A stretch of 64,000 bases of DNA from an uncultured Verrucomicrobiae bacterium (GTDB lineage Bacteria; Verrucomicrobiota; Verrucomicrobiia; Chthoniobacterales; UBA10450): positions 512,001 through 576,000 of the forward strand of contig CAVYXA010000001.1 of the NCBI GenBank assembly GCA_963772365.1, in the 5' to 3' direction. The notes under the pieces are model-generated. The model made no database searches. It had not been told where the DNA came from and saw only the letters and a list, made by a program, of their open reading frames with translations. The number at the start of each line of letters is the position of its first letter. Position 1 is the stretch's first letter. This document shows positions 1 to 10,181 of this stretch, one piece after another. The position numbers and the translations under genes are program-made.

Positions 1-1
1 C

Positions 2-184
2 CCGAATAATCTCGTGGGCGTTCTCTGGATGGGCCTGAACAAACCGGGCATCGGCATTCATGGCACGAACAATCCGGAAACAATCGGCCGCGCCGCCAGC
101 CATGGCTGCATTCGTTTGGCCAACTGGGATGCCGCGCGAGTGAAAGATTTCGTCACGGTGGGTAATACCGTCATCATCTTTTGA
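2..184 (+). CDS. L,D-transpeptidase (YkuD family), C-terminal part (5' end outside window)
   Basis: Manual translation from base 2: PNNLVGVLWMGLNKPGIGIHGTNNPETIGRAASHGCIRLANWD...IIF*; HGT...SHGCIR catalytic motif. Confidence 0.9.
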   Translation, partial: PNNLVGVLWMGLNKPGIGIHGTNNPETIGRAASHGCIRLANWDAARVKDFVTVGNTVIIF

Positions 185-208
185 TAAGTTTCCGCCGGGC
201 GCCAGGAA

Positions 209-312
209 GATAGGCTTCCAGCCTGTCTCGGCCGATAGGCATCTTGCCTGTCGAAGAGAAGGACGACCGGCTGGAAGCCCGTCTGCCGAGTCAGGCAGGC
301 TGCCTGACCTCC
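209..312. repeat. REP/REPIN-like imperfect palindrome (AGGCTTCCAGCCTGT family)
   Basis: GATAGGCTTCCAGCCTGTC ... GACCGGCTGGAAGCCCGTC arms; related element at 25148-25271. Confidence 0.65.
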
Positions 313-369
313 GGAAAATATTTCGCGCGGAATCGCGTCCTCGAACGTCTAGGCTTTAGATCGACAAAA

Positions 370-904
370 ATGGATCCCAGTGAACGCGACCAATACCGGG
401 CAGCCATTCAAGGCGATCGAGAGGCATTTGAAATGATCATCCGCACCCATAGCCGAACACTTTTCGCCATCGCCTACGGCATTCTGCAAAACCGGGAAGA
501 AGCCGAGGACGTCGTGCAGGATTCGCTGCGTCAAAGCCTGGAAAACGCGCTGGCGCGTTCGCGATCCGGAAAAATTTCCCGCATGGCTGGCCACGATAGC
601 GCGTCATCGTGCCCATGATATTTTCCGCAAACGTAAGACAGTTTCTTTCGCGCACGAAAAACTCCAGAGAAGCGAAACCGGAACTACCGACACGATCGAC
701 TTAGATCGACAACTTCATTCCGCGCTTGCCGCATTGCCCGAACTTCACCGGGTCGCGCTCACATTGCGTTACTTCGAAGAAATGGATTATCGCACAATCG
801 AAAACACGCTGGGTCTCAGCAACGGCGCCCTGCGCGGAATTCTCGGGCGCGCCCTCGCGTCGATGCGCAAACAACTCAGACCCGCTCTCGTCGCTTTGGA
901 ATAG
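370..904 (+). CDS. ECF RNA polymerase sigma factor (frameshift near 528)
   Basis: Region 2 GDREAFEMII...EEAEDVVQD continues in another frame as KAWKTRWRVRDPEKFPAWLATIARH; region 4 ALAALPELHRVALTLRYFEEMDYRTIENTLGLS; TAG at 902-904. Confidence 0.85.
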
Positions 905-906
905 CC

Positions 907-2883
907 ATGATCATCGCACGATAACATCGACAACTTTCTTGCCGCCGATCTGCACGGCGACCTTTCCGAAGACGAACGCAATGCGCTTCATGCGCATCTC
1001 GTCGAATGCGCCGACTGCCGCAAAGCTCATCAGGAAACAAAAATCATGAACAACGTATCTAGAAGAAACACTGGCTCCAGAGAAAGCCGATCCCGCATTC
1101 GAACAACGAATGCTGGCCGGGTTTCATAATCGGGTTCCGGAACGCAGAGGGATTGTGAGGTCGGTTATCCATTTTATGCGTCTGCGCCCAGTTCAAATCA
1201 CAGCCCTCGCCGCCGTATTGCTCGGACTCGTCCAGATCGGACGAATGATTACCGCAGAAAGAGGATCGAAAACGCAGTCGGTCGCTGTTTTCGATTCGCT
1301 AAGGGATGAACGCCGCCCCAGGCAGAATCTCAGCGGAGGAGCACGCAAGGATGAAATGCGGGATTGCCTGCTGCAATGGAACCATCAGCTACCGGCGGTA
1401 GCGAAATCAGCGGGCACGCTAAGTATCGAGAAACAGAACGACCTCAAAGCGAAAGCCTTCCGCGAGCTCGACCGAACAATTACGGAATCAAATAGTCCTA
1501 TCTGCCGCCACAGAACCGGCAGCCCAACCGGCTGAACCCGCTTCTCCTCTGGCAAATCGCAAGCTCATCCGGAATGCAAACGTCGAGCTCGAGATTGCCA
1601 GTTTTGATCATGCGGTCCAGGAAATCACAAGTTTCGCGGCAGAAGCGAACGGCTATGTCGCAACGACGAGTTCAGAAAAACAAGCCAATGGGAAACTGCG
1701 CGGAACCGTAGTGGTCAAGGTGCTGCCTGAGAATTTGGATTCGTTTCTTCAGAAAGTTCGCGGCCTTGGCGAATTGAAAAATCAGACGCTCGGGACTGAG
1801 GATGTGACCAAGGCGTATCTTGACACAGATGCACGCCTGAAAAATGCGCGCGTGATGGAGCAACGTTTGATCGACATGCTCAAGAACAAGACCGGCAAAG
1901 TTTCCGATCTGCTCGAGGTCGAGAAGGAACTCGGCCGCGTCCGTGAGGAGATCGAGAAGATGCAGGGCGAACTGAAATACTGGGATTCGCAGGTGCAATT
2001 CGCGACGGTCACAATCCAGCTCGCCGAAAAAGATTTGGAAAAACCGGCAGCATTTCTCCTCAAAGAGCACGCGCAGCTCGCGCTCTACGCCCCGGAAGTT
2101 GAGAAGATTTACAACAATATCAAGACACTCGCGTCGCCCAAAGTGCAGATCACCAATGCGCAGCTCGATCGCGATTATTCCGGTCGTGTCTCAGCGCGAT
2201 TGTCGATCCTGATCGCGCCGGAGGAAAGCGACGCGGTAATCTCGAAGATCAAAGGATTCGGCCGGGTCGAGAATTTCCAAACGCAGACCGAGCGCATCGC
2301 GCAAGGTGGCGAAGGAATGTCGGAGAGCGCCAGGGTCAAGCGTGACAAAGTGGAATTGAACATCACGATTTCGCGCGAAGAACAAGAGCAGCCGCTCCAG
2401 CAGACGAGCCTGAGCATTCGGACATCGGATGTCGACGCGAAGGCGAAGAAGTTGCGCGAATTAACGGAAAAGCAGAGCGGCCACATTCGCAGCTCATCGT
2501 TTAACCGCGACCCGAACGGACGCGAAGTGGCGAACATTTCTGTGCGCGTCGCGATGAAGAACTACAACGCACTGATGCAATCGCTGGGTTTGCTGGGGAA
2601 AGTCGAGAACGTGGGCGTGCAGCGCCAGGATCGGACCGGCACGCAAATCGACGAAGCCAACGCCCCCGCCGACATCTCGATCGTCGTTTACAGTCAGGGC
2701 AACATCGTTTCCAGCGAGAGCGGTTTGTGGGCGACCTTGCGCAACACACTGGCCCAAAGCGCGGCCGCGATCATGTGGAGTTTGCGAATGATCGGCGTCG
2801 CCATTGCGTTTCTGGCGCCGTGGGTCGTAGCGATCGTGGTGATTATTTGGATCGCGAAGCGCATCGCGCGAGCGCGAAAATGA
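907..2883 (+). CDS. Zinc-finger anti-sigma factor fused to DUF4349-like domains (several frameshifts)
   Basis: HAHLVECADC (HxxxCxxC) near 990-1018; TM segment in ORF 1110-1535; RKLIRNANVELEI...EDVTKAYLDTDARLKN...LLEVEKELGRVREEIE in the frame of ORF 1711-2883; C-terminal TM helix. Confidence 0.7.
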
Positions 2884-2890
2884 TCGCGCC

Positions 2891-3448
2891 TGTAGCGGCG
2901 GTCTATGACCGTCGCTCGAATTGCTAGAAGTTCGCTATTGTCTCGTGTGCCGGAACGTCTCCGCAGAGTCCATCGCCTCTTTTACCGAGTTCCAATCTAT
3001 TATGTGACTGCGTGCACCTTCATACGCCGATCGAATCTGAACAATGGTGCGGTTCACGCCCGCCTGTTTGAATTCAGTAACGCGGGTCCCCATCGTGGAG
3101 CATGGTTGGGTGCGTACGTGCTCATGCCGGATCACCTGCACGCATTTGTCGGAATGAATGACGAGCTATTGACGCTGTCCGAATGGATGAAGTCGCTGAA
3201 AAATGCTCTGTCGCAGACGCTGCGACTTCAAAAAATTCCATCACCGCACTGGCAGAAAGGGTTCTTCGATCACATCCTGCGTAGCGAAGAATCTTACGAC
3301 GAAAAGTGGAGTTACGTTCGCGAAAACCCCGTGCGTGCTGGATTAGTTGAGCAATGGGAGGAATGGCCATTCTTGGGTGAAGTATTCGATCTGGAGTTCC
3401 TGGATGATCTCAATTGATAAACTGCGACGGTCATAGACCGCCGCTACA
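2891..3448. mobile_element. REPtron: RAYT gene flanked by perfect 25-bp inverted GTAG-type REPs
   Basis: TGTAGCGGCGGTCTATGACCGTCGC at 2891-2915 and its exact reverse complement at 3424-3448. Confidence 0.9.
2947..3417 (+). CDS. REP-associated tyrosine transposase (RAYT, HUH/Y1 family)
   Basis: YYVTACT, AYVLMPDHLH (HUH), WQKGFFDHILR, YVRENPVRAGLV (catalytic Tyr); GTG start inferred. Confidence 0.9.
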   Translation: MPERLRRVHRLFYRVPIYYVTACTFIRRSNLNNGAVHARLFEFSNAGPHRGAWLGAYVLMPDHLHAFVGMNDELLTLSEWMKSLKNALSQTLRLQKIPSPHWQKGFFDHILRSEESYDEKWSYVRENPVRAGLVEQWEEWPFLGEVFDLEFLDDLN

Positions 3449-3504
3449 AAAGCCGATGCACCTTGCCCAAATCGCGAACGAGTCGTACCATGCCTGCAAG
3501 GAGG

Positions 3505-5266
3505 ATGCCGATGAAATCTGAAAGCGGAATCAGCTACTCAACGCGGCAGTCGCCAGTTGCCCGAAACATTTGCTCCAGTTCGCTGTCGATCAGCGTTACG
3601 ACGATTATACGTCGGTCGATCATGCCGTGTGGCGATTTATCATGCGGCAAAACATTTTTTTCCTGAAGGAATACGCTCACAAGGTTTACTTCCAGGGATT
3701 GCTCGATACCGGCATTTCTTTCGAACGGATCCCGCGCATCGAAGAGATGAACGAAATTCTCGGCAAGATCGGCTGGGGCGCTGTGGCGGTGGATGGCTTT
3801 ATTCCGCCGGCCGCGTTCATGGAATTCCAGGCTTACAAAGTTCTCGTGATCGCGTGCGACATGCGCCAGATCCATCACATCGAATACACGCCGGCGCCCG
3901 ATATCGTCCACGAAGCCGCCGGACACGCCCCGATCATTGTCGATCGCGAGTATTCAAATTACTTGCAGCGCTTCGGCGAAGTTGGAGCGAAAGCGATGTC
4001 GTCGAAAAAAGATTTCGAGCTGTACCAAGCGATCCGGCATCTGTCGATCCTGAAGGAACAACCGAATAGCGACCCGAAGGAAGTCGAGGAAGCAACCCGC
4101 GAAGTTGAATATCGGCAGAAAAATCTCGGCGAACCTTCCGAGATGGCGCTCTTCTCGCGTTTGCATTGGTGGACGGTGGAATACGGCCTGATCGGCCCGC
4201 TCGAAAATCCTAAGATTTACGGCGCCGGTTTGCTCTCGTCGATCGGCGAATCGGTTTCCTGTTTGGAAGCGGAGGTGAAGAAGATCCCCTACTCCATCGA
4301 GGCGATGAATCAGCCATTCGATATCACGACCAAACAGCCGCAGCTTTTCATTTGTCGCGACTTCAAACATCTGAGCGATGTTCTCGAAGAATTTGCCAGC
4401 AAAATGGCGTTCATGGTCGGCGGCCTCGAAGGAATCAACAAGGCCATCGAATGCAAGAACACGACTACCTGCGAATATTCATCGGGCTTGGAAGCGAGCG
4501 GCACGTTCACAGAAGTCATCACAAAAGGCGAAGCGCCAATTTATTTGCGAACGACTGGCCCCACGGCCCTGGCTTATAGGGAGAAAGAACTTCCTGGTCA
4601 TGGCCGCGATTATCACAAGGACGGGTTCGGCTCGCCGATTGGGAACTGGAAACGCGACTGAGATCAACGGAAGGCAAGCAGACGAAATTGGAATTCGAAA
4701 GCGGTGTCACGGTTGAAGGCAAGATCGACAAGTTATTGAAGCGCGATGGCAAATTGATTCTGATCACGTTCTCAAATTGCACGGCGAAATATGGTGACCG
4801 CGTGTTGTTCGACCCGAGCTGGGGAACATACGATATGGCCGTAGGCGATCGAATCAGTTCTGTCTTCAACGGCGCGGCTGACAAAGACGCATACAATCAA
4901 GTCGCGCTCATTCCAAAGGAGCGCACGATCAAGGTGCCGTCCGATGCAAAACGCAAGCGTCTGGAAAATCTCTACGCGCAGGTCCGCAAGATTCGCGAAA
5001 GCAAAATGGGTTATGAACGACTTGGTGAAATTTGGGAGACACAGCAGGCCGAACACCCGGAAGACTGGCTCTTGTCGATGGAAATCTTCGAAATTCTCGA
5101 CACGACTGAACAACAACAGAATCTCAAGGCAAAGATCGAGAAGTTTTTAAATGAGAAAAAAGCAATGACGACAGATTTCTCGACTTTGATCGGTTGGGGC
5201 TTCCGTCTTGTTGAATATCACAAGAAACCGGAATACCAGGCGGCGCTGCACGCGTCGCCAAAATGA
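3505..5266 (+). CDS. phhA: Phenylalanine 4-hydroxylase, long form (frameshifts near 3535 and 4655)
   Basis: YTPAPDIVHEAAGHAP and LHWWTVEYGLI...KIYGAGLLSSIGES iron-binding motifs; ORFs 3570-4661 and 4688-5266 read as one protein. Confidence 0.85.
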
Positions 5267-5289
5267 GCTGCGGCTCCCTGACCGTCGAG

Positions 5290-5949
5290 CTACATGGGCA
5301 GCCCGTTGTACTTCTCAGCGACTGGACGAAGCTGATCGAAAACCTGTGCCGCTGGTAACGGCGTTCCGGCTTTCAACTGCAGGTCGGAATCGTCAATAAG
5401 TGAGATCAGCATCAAGTTGCCGTCCTGGCGGTAGCCGAGGAAATAGGCATTGAGCGCCGGGACCTGCACAACGAAGTAGGCGCCGGGTGCGAGATTGTTT
5501 GCTTTCTCGCTCTCATCGCGCGCTTTCGTGGCGAGACGCGCAAAGTTTGCCCCGCCGAAATCAGACGTCTTCCATCCTTCCTTGCCTTTCTGCAAAACAA
5601 TCGAAGTGCGGACCTGATCATCAGCGCTGACCGGATAAATCACCTTGTCGATCGGTTTGAGTAATCTGTTAGCGTCGGAGCCCGGCTGATAAGCGCGCAG
5701 ATCCTGCAGTTCCACCATGAACACAGAAAAAGGTTCGCCCAGTTTTGCATGCCCTATTTGATCAGCCGATTGGAAACCCATTTGTTTGAAGTTTGTACGC
5801 TTACCGAGTTCTTGCAACGTAGTCAGGCCACGAGTCGCGGCTTCTTTTGTCTGACTCAAGTCGCGCTGTTCACCGGTCTGTGCCGTTCCTTGTCCGCGGG
5901 CCGTTGTTAGTCCAACCAAAGATATCAATGCTGCCGCTAAGATCTTCAT
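5290..5949 (-). CDS. Exported hypothetical protein, probable partner of the adjacent cysteine peptidase
   Basis: Signal peptide MKILAAALISLVGLTTARG; starts 9 bp after the peptidase gene ends. Confidence 0.65.
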   Translation of the reverse strand: MKILAAALISLVGLTTARGQGTAQTGEQRDLSQTKEAATRGLTTLQELGKRTNFKQMGFQSADQIGHAKLGEPFSVFMVELQDLRAYQPGSDANRLLKPIDKVIYPVSADDQVRTSIVLQKGKEGWKTSDFGGANFARLATKARDESEKANNLAPGAYFVVQVPALNAYFLGYRQDGNLMLISLIDDSDLQLKAGTPLPAAQVFDQLRPVAEKYNGLPM

Positions 5950-5958
5950 CGCTTCTCC

Positions 5959-6522
5959 TTATTGTTTTGTGACATTGTAATAATCGTCCCAGTGAGTGTG
6001 ATCCGAGCCGCTCACATAATCATCGTAGGTCTTGGTGTATTGGTCGCCGACATTCGGTGGCCAGGGATTGTTTACCGAAACGTAGTTCACCCCATCGATC
6101 TCGACGTAACCGGTTGCAACCATCATGTGCCCGCCTCCGCCATTCCAGTGCCAGGCAAACGCAAATGGCTTTCGTTGGCAATAAATCTGATTTTTCACTG
6201 CGTCCCAGGAAAGCGCCGCATCAGACGTTTTCTGGAACGTGAAGCCATATTTATCGAACTCAGGCCATCCGCCATTTACGCAATGGTTAGGGACGGGCGA
6301 GTTACAACAATCATTGTGCCCGAAACGTTTATTCGCTTCGTCACACTGGGTCACGTTCACCCCGAGAAATTCCATCACCATTTGGCCGCTCGCCGCCCAG
6401 CACCACATCGATGTTTCCTGGGCGTGAAGATTAACCGGTTGCGACCCGATATTGGCATTTGGCCGGCAACACCCGCCAAGCAAGAACCAAATCAACAAAC
6501 ATTCGGACAATTTCTTACTCAT
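5959..6522 (-). CDS. Papain-like (C39-like) cysteine peptidase, probable lipoprotein
   Basis: QETSMWCWAAS (Gln/Cys), GGGHMMVATGY (His), VNNPWP; LLGGC lipobox-like sequence. Confidence 0.75.
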   Translation of the reverse strand: MSKKLSECLLIWFLLGGCCRPNANIGSQPVNLHAQETSMWCWAASGQMVMEFLGVNVTQCDEANKRFGHNDCCNSPVPNHCVNGGWPEFDKYGFTFQKTSDAALSWDAVKNQIYCQRKPFAFAWHWNGGGGHMMVATGYVEIDGVNYVSVNNPWPPNVGDQYTKTYDDYVSGSDHTHWDDYYNVTKQ

Positions 6523-6604
6523 GGTGACCTTTCGTTTTCCTATCAACTTTCCGTAGCCTGACGGCTGTCGACAGCCTAAGTCAAGCGATCAAAGGGACAC
6601 AAGC

Positions 6605-7450
6605 CTAGACTGTTTCGTCCTTGAAATGGCGCTTCCCCTTCAGCGCTTGGGCATATTCATCCTTGCTCAGAATATTTTCGTCGAGCTGCGTATCGGTGCG
6701 GAGAAAGTTGTGAAACCAGGTTATGATTCGTTCACGGTCCTGCAGCACCTGGTCTGTGATGTAGTTGGTGTCGATGTTGATGCAGATCCCGCCGACAATC
6801 CCGAATTCCTTGCGCTTGATTGGGATCGACGTGCACTTGAATTTTCGCGAACCGATATTCAGCTCGTAGTTGAGTTTGTCCTCGTTTGCCAGCTGACGGC
6901 GTTTGAAGTCGATGAGCAAATTGGTCGCTCCGTCGCGGAGGTGCCGTCCGGTGACATTGTTCTCAAGCGTAATCAACGAATGCGCTGGATCGGCCAGATT
7001 GTGCAGCAGAATTTCTATCCCGGTATTCTGAAATGATTTCCCGATCAATCGGACTATGCGCTCGTAATTTTCGAGAAACTCGTGCGTATCATCGACAACC
7101 TTCTTGCCGTCGTATTTCTCGAACAACTGCGCATAGACTTTTTGCTCGGCTGGTTCGAGCTGGGTTCGCACGTTATTTTGTTCGCCGATGAAAATAAGCT
7201 GTCGGGCGGCAGTATCGTCCTCGTTCTTGAGGAAGTAATGCATCCCGAGCCGGAAATCTTTCAGACTAAACTCGCCAAAGTTCTCCCGGCTAACTGTGAA
7301 TGGATAAAAATCGTATTCCTCGAGGTTCCGACCGAATTTCCGCCTCCGCTCCTTGTATTTCCCCCAGAGAAAACCGATTGCCAGGAAAATGATCGAGACG
7401 ACGATCGAAGCGATGATATTGATACCAATTTCGCTTTGGAGAGCTTTCAT
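6605..7450 (-). CDS. Membrane-anchored YheO-like PAS domain protein
   Basis: N-terminal TM helix; IEILLHNL...ENNVTGRH...KCTSIPI...IVGGICINID matches the YheO-type PAS pattern; no C-terminal HTH seen. Confidence 0.65.
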   Translation of the reverse strand: MKALQSEIGINIIASIVVSIIFLAIGFLWGKYKERRRKFGRNLEEYDFYPFTVSRENFGEFSLKDFRLGMHYFLKNEDDTAARQLIFIGEQNNVRTQLEPAEQKVYAQLFEKYDGKKVVDDTHEFLENYERIVRLIGKSFQNTGIEILLHNLADPAHSLITLENNVTGRHLRDGATNLLIDFKRRQLANEDKLNYELNIGSRKFKCTSIPIKRKEFGIVGGICINIDTNYITDQVLQDRERIITWFHNFLRTDTQLDENILSKDEYAQALKGKRHFKDETV

Positions 7451-7456
7451 TCCCGA

Positions 7457-8149
7457 TCAAAGATTTCCGCTCAAGCTCGACAACGAAATATTTTCCAGCG
7501 TGATTTCGTTCGGTCGAGAAAGCGCATAAGCCACAGCATCGGCTACGATTTCGGGTGACATCATTTTTTCCCGGGGCCAATCACCGGCCACATAATCCCA
7601 GATCTCCGTGGCGGTGGCAGCAGGATAGATGTTGATCACGCGAATTTTGTGCTCCCGCAGTTCTTCCCGGACAGATTGAGAAAATCCTTCCAGCGCGAAC
7701 TTGCTCATGCAATACGCGCTCCAATTGGGAAAACCGGTCCTGGCCGCGACCGAGAGAATATTCACGATGCTGGACCCTGGCGGCATTTGCGGAGCGAAGT
7801 GTTGAGTTAGCAGGAACGGCGCTGTGATATTGACGCCTACCGTCTGTTCCCATTCGACGGGAGTGATTTCGCAGAATGGTTTTACAACCGCAATACCTGC
7901 GTTGTTTACCAGCAAATCAATCGCCGTGCTACCGGCATTTGCGATCAAATCGGAGACACCTGCTGGCGTGGCCAGATCGTGAAGGAGCAGAATTACTTTT
8001 GCGCAGTCCTGTTGGACTGACTTTTTCGTTTCAGCCAAAGCGATTGTGTCGCGTCCATGCAAGAGCAAGGTGACATCTTTATCGGCGAGCTTTGCAGCAA
8101 TGGCGCGGCCAATTCCGCGACTCGCACCAGTTATCAGATACCGTTTCAT
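7457..8149 (-). CDS. Short-chain dehydrogenase/reductase (candidate sepiapterin reductase)
   Basis: TGASRGIG, NNAG and YCMSK motifs; 1 bp downstream of the PTPS gene. Confidence 0.8.
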   Translation of the reverse strand: MKRYLITGASRGIGRAIAAKLADKDVTLLLHGRDTIALAETKKSVQQDCAKVILLLHDLATPAGVSDLIANAGSTAIDLLVNNAGIAVVKPFCEITPVEWEQTVGVNITAPFLLTQHFAPQMPPGSSIVNILSVAARTGFPNWSAYCMSKFALEGFSQSVREELREHKIRVINIYPAATATEIWDYVAGDWPREKMMSPEIVADAVAYALSRPNEITLENISLSSLSGNL

Positions 8150-8150
8150 T

Positions 8151-9362
8151 TCAGGTTCGCCGCAAAGTAAATCGATTGTTGGGCGTTTCCCACAATCGCA
8201 ATCGAACGAGTTGCTGACTTACTCGACTGTCGATCTTCGGCCACAGCGTGCGCACTATGTTTTCCCCCGTGGACGGATTTTCTCGAAAATCGTCCGTCTC
8301 CAGATCGAGATGTCGATCCTGCCATGGTTCGAGCGATTCTTCGATTGCGCTTTTGAGTTTCACAAAATCATAAAGCGTTCCGCTGCGCGCGTCATAGTCC
8401 CCGCCCACGGTTGACTCGGTGAGATAGTGATGTCCGTGTCCCTGCGGGTTGTTGCATTTTCCGTAGAGCCGCGCGTTCTCGACATCCGAAAGTACCGCGC
8501 TGTGCAGGCGATGCGCAGCATCGAACGACATCCGCATTCCCAGAAAAACGCTCTCGTCATCCCACACTTCTGCGAAGAAATCTTCGCGCTCATGCAGCCG
8601 CACATTGTACAAATGCGGAAGCGCGCCGCTGACGCGCTCAAAAATGTAACCGGTCAGGCTTTCGGTCGTTACTGGGCGCTTCTTCAAATTAGAGTCGTCA
8701 TTCAAATAACGATGATCGAACTCGGCCTGGATCGATTTCATCGCTGCATCGATTTGATCGTGTCGAACCAATGGCGACCCACCCGACAGTTTCTCTGCGC
8801 GAAACGTAAGCCGGCATCGATAATGATGACCATGCGGCGATGTGGCCGCGCCAAAGAATTCCCGATTTTCTGTTTCGTTTAGATATGGCGAGACCGTCCG
8901 GCGCGCGGCTGAAAATTCCACCCAGTGGCTCGCCTCGCAGGCACCATCGGAGTAGAACGTTGCGCTTCGGTCAGCAGACTCGCTCAGGTGACAAGCGTAC
9001 AACTTTGCCTGGATATCCGAAAAGACCGGGGCAACATCGACAAACAATTGCCGAGCCACATTCTCGGTAGTCGGTGGCGAATCAGCAAAAGCGGGGTTTT
9101 GTTCGTTCAGGAATTTGTGATCGAATCCCTGCTGCAAAATTCTGGACGCTCGCTCCTTGATTTCGCTGATGTTGATGAGCATGCCCGTGGCTGTATCCAC
9201 CGGACCGGTAAAAATGAAGGAGGCGATGTAATTGCGGCCTGTCCCATATCGAGCACGACTTTCAGGACCGAATGCAATGAGGTTTTCCGCGTCGGTCCAA
9301 TCTCGCACAAACAGCCGGCGGGAGGCCGAGAATTCGAGCCGCTTGCTGACCGTCAGGAGCAT
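8151..9362 (-). CDS. 6-pyruvoyl-tetrahydropterin synthase family protein with three tandem domains
   Basis: Three repeats of F(S/D)AxxR...EN...G...xDHxxL...T.E; third repeat has AAHRLH...YGKCNNPQGHGHHY...ETPNN. Confidence 0.85.
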   Translation of the reverse strand: MLLTVSKRLEFSASRRLFVRDWTDAENLIAFGPESRARYGTGRNYIASFIFTGPVDTATGMLINISEIKERASRILQQGFDHKFLNEQNPAFADSPPTTENVARQLFVDVAPVFSDIQAKLYACHLSESADRSATFYSDGACEASHWVEFSAARRTVSPYLNETENREFFGAATSPHGHHYRCRLTFRAEKLSGGSPLVRHDQIDAAMKSIQAEFDHRYLNDDSNLKKRPVTTESLTGYIFERVSGALPHLYNVRLHEREDFFAEVWDDESVFLGMRMSFDAAHRLHSAVLSDVENARLYGKCNNPQGHGHHYLTESTVGGDYDARSGTLYDFVKLKSAIEESLEPWQDRHLDLETDDFRENPSTGENIVRTLWPKIDSRVSQQLVRLRLWETPNNRFTLRRT

Positions 9363-9482
9363 GATGCAGCAAACATACCATACAGAATCGCGCAAGGTGG
9401 AACGCATCTCCGAGCGCGTTAGTAAAACATATGCGGCTTTGCCGCCAAAACTTAACATCGCGACCGGAGGTCACGATCCACC

Positions 9483-10118
9483 TTATTCCTTGAGCAGCGC
9501 CAGGAACTCGGAGCGCGTGCGGGCATCCTCTTTGAATGTCCCAAGAAGGCACGAGGTTTTCATCACCGAATTCTGCTTTTCCACTCCGCGCATCATCATG
9601 CAAAGATGCTTCGCTTCAACGACGACGGCAACGCCAGATGGCTGCAAGCAATCCATTAGGGACTGAGCAATCTGCGTCGTAAGATTTTCCTGGATTTGCA
9701 ATCGACGCGCGAAAACATCGACAATCCGCGCGACCTTCGAGAGCCCGATCACCTTCCCGTTTGGAATGTAAGCAACGTGCGCCCGCCCGATGAAGGGCAA
9801 CAGATGATGTTCGCACATCGAATAAAGCTCGATGTCTTTCACCAGGATGATTTCGCTCGCGTCGGAATCGAAAATCGCGTTGTTGATGATCTCGTTCAGG
9901 TCCTGGCGATATCCCTGGGTCAGGAATTCAAAAGCGCGCGCGGCGCGGCCAGGTGTGCGAAGGAGCCCCTCGCGATGTGGATCTTCACCAATCGCCTCGA
10001 GCAACTCGCGAAACGATTTCTCGATGGTGCGCAAATGTTCTCCATCGAGACGGTTGACGTCACGAGTCAGCCGTTCCTGGCGTTCAAGAGTGGAAGAAGA
10101 CGTCCGCAAGATCGACAA
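9483..10118 (-). CDS. folE: GTP cyclohydrolase I
   Basis: [32 protein letters not shown]. Confidence 0.97.
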   Translation of the reverse strand: MSILRTSSSTLERQERLTRDVNRLDGEHLRTIEKSFRELLEAIGEDPHREGLLRTPGRAARAFEFLTQGYRQDLNEIINNAIFDSDASEIILVKDIELYSMCEHHLLPFIGRAHVAYIPNGKVIGLSKVARIVDVFARRLQIQENLTTQIAQSLMDCLQPSGVAVVVEAKHLCMMMRGVEKQNSVMKTSCLLGTFKEDARTRSEFLALLKE

Positions 10119-10181
10119 ATCTAGTGTGGCAATTGCTTCTTGCCAATGGACTTCATCGGCTCGAAGTCGATGCCGCGATTA

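Noticed and set aside
8151..9362. Queuosine biosynthesis queD
   Set aside because: The motif is GKCNNPxGHGH rather than the QueD-type CxxxHGH, and no queC, queE or queF gene is nearby.
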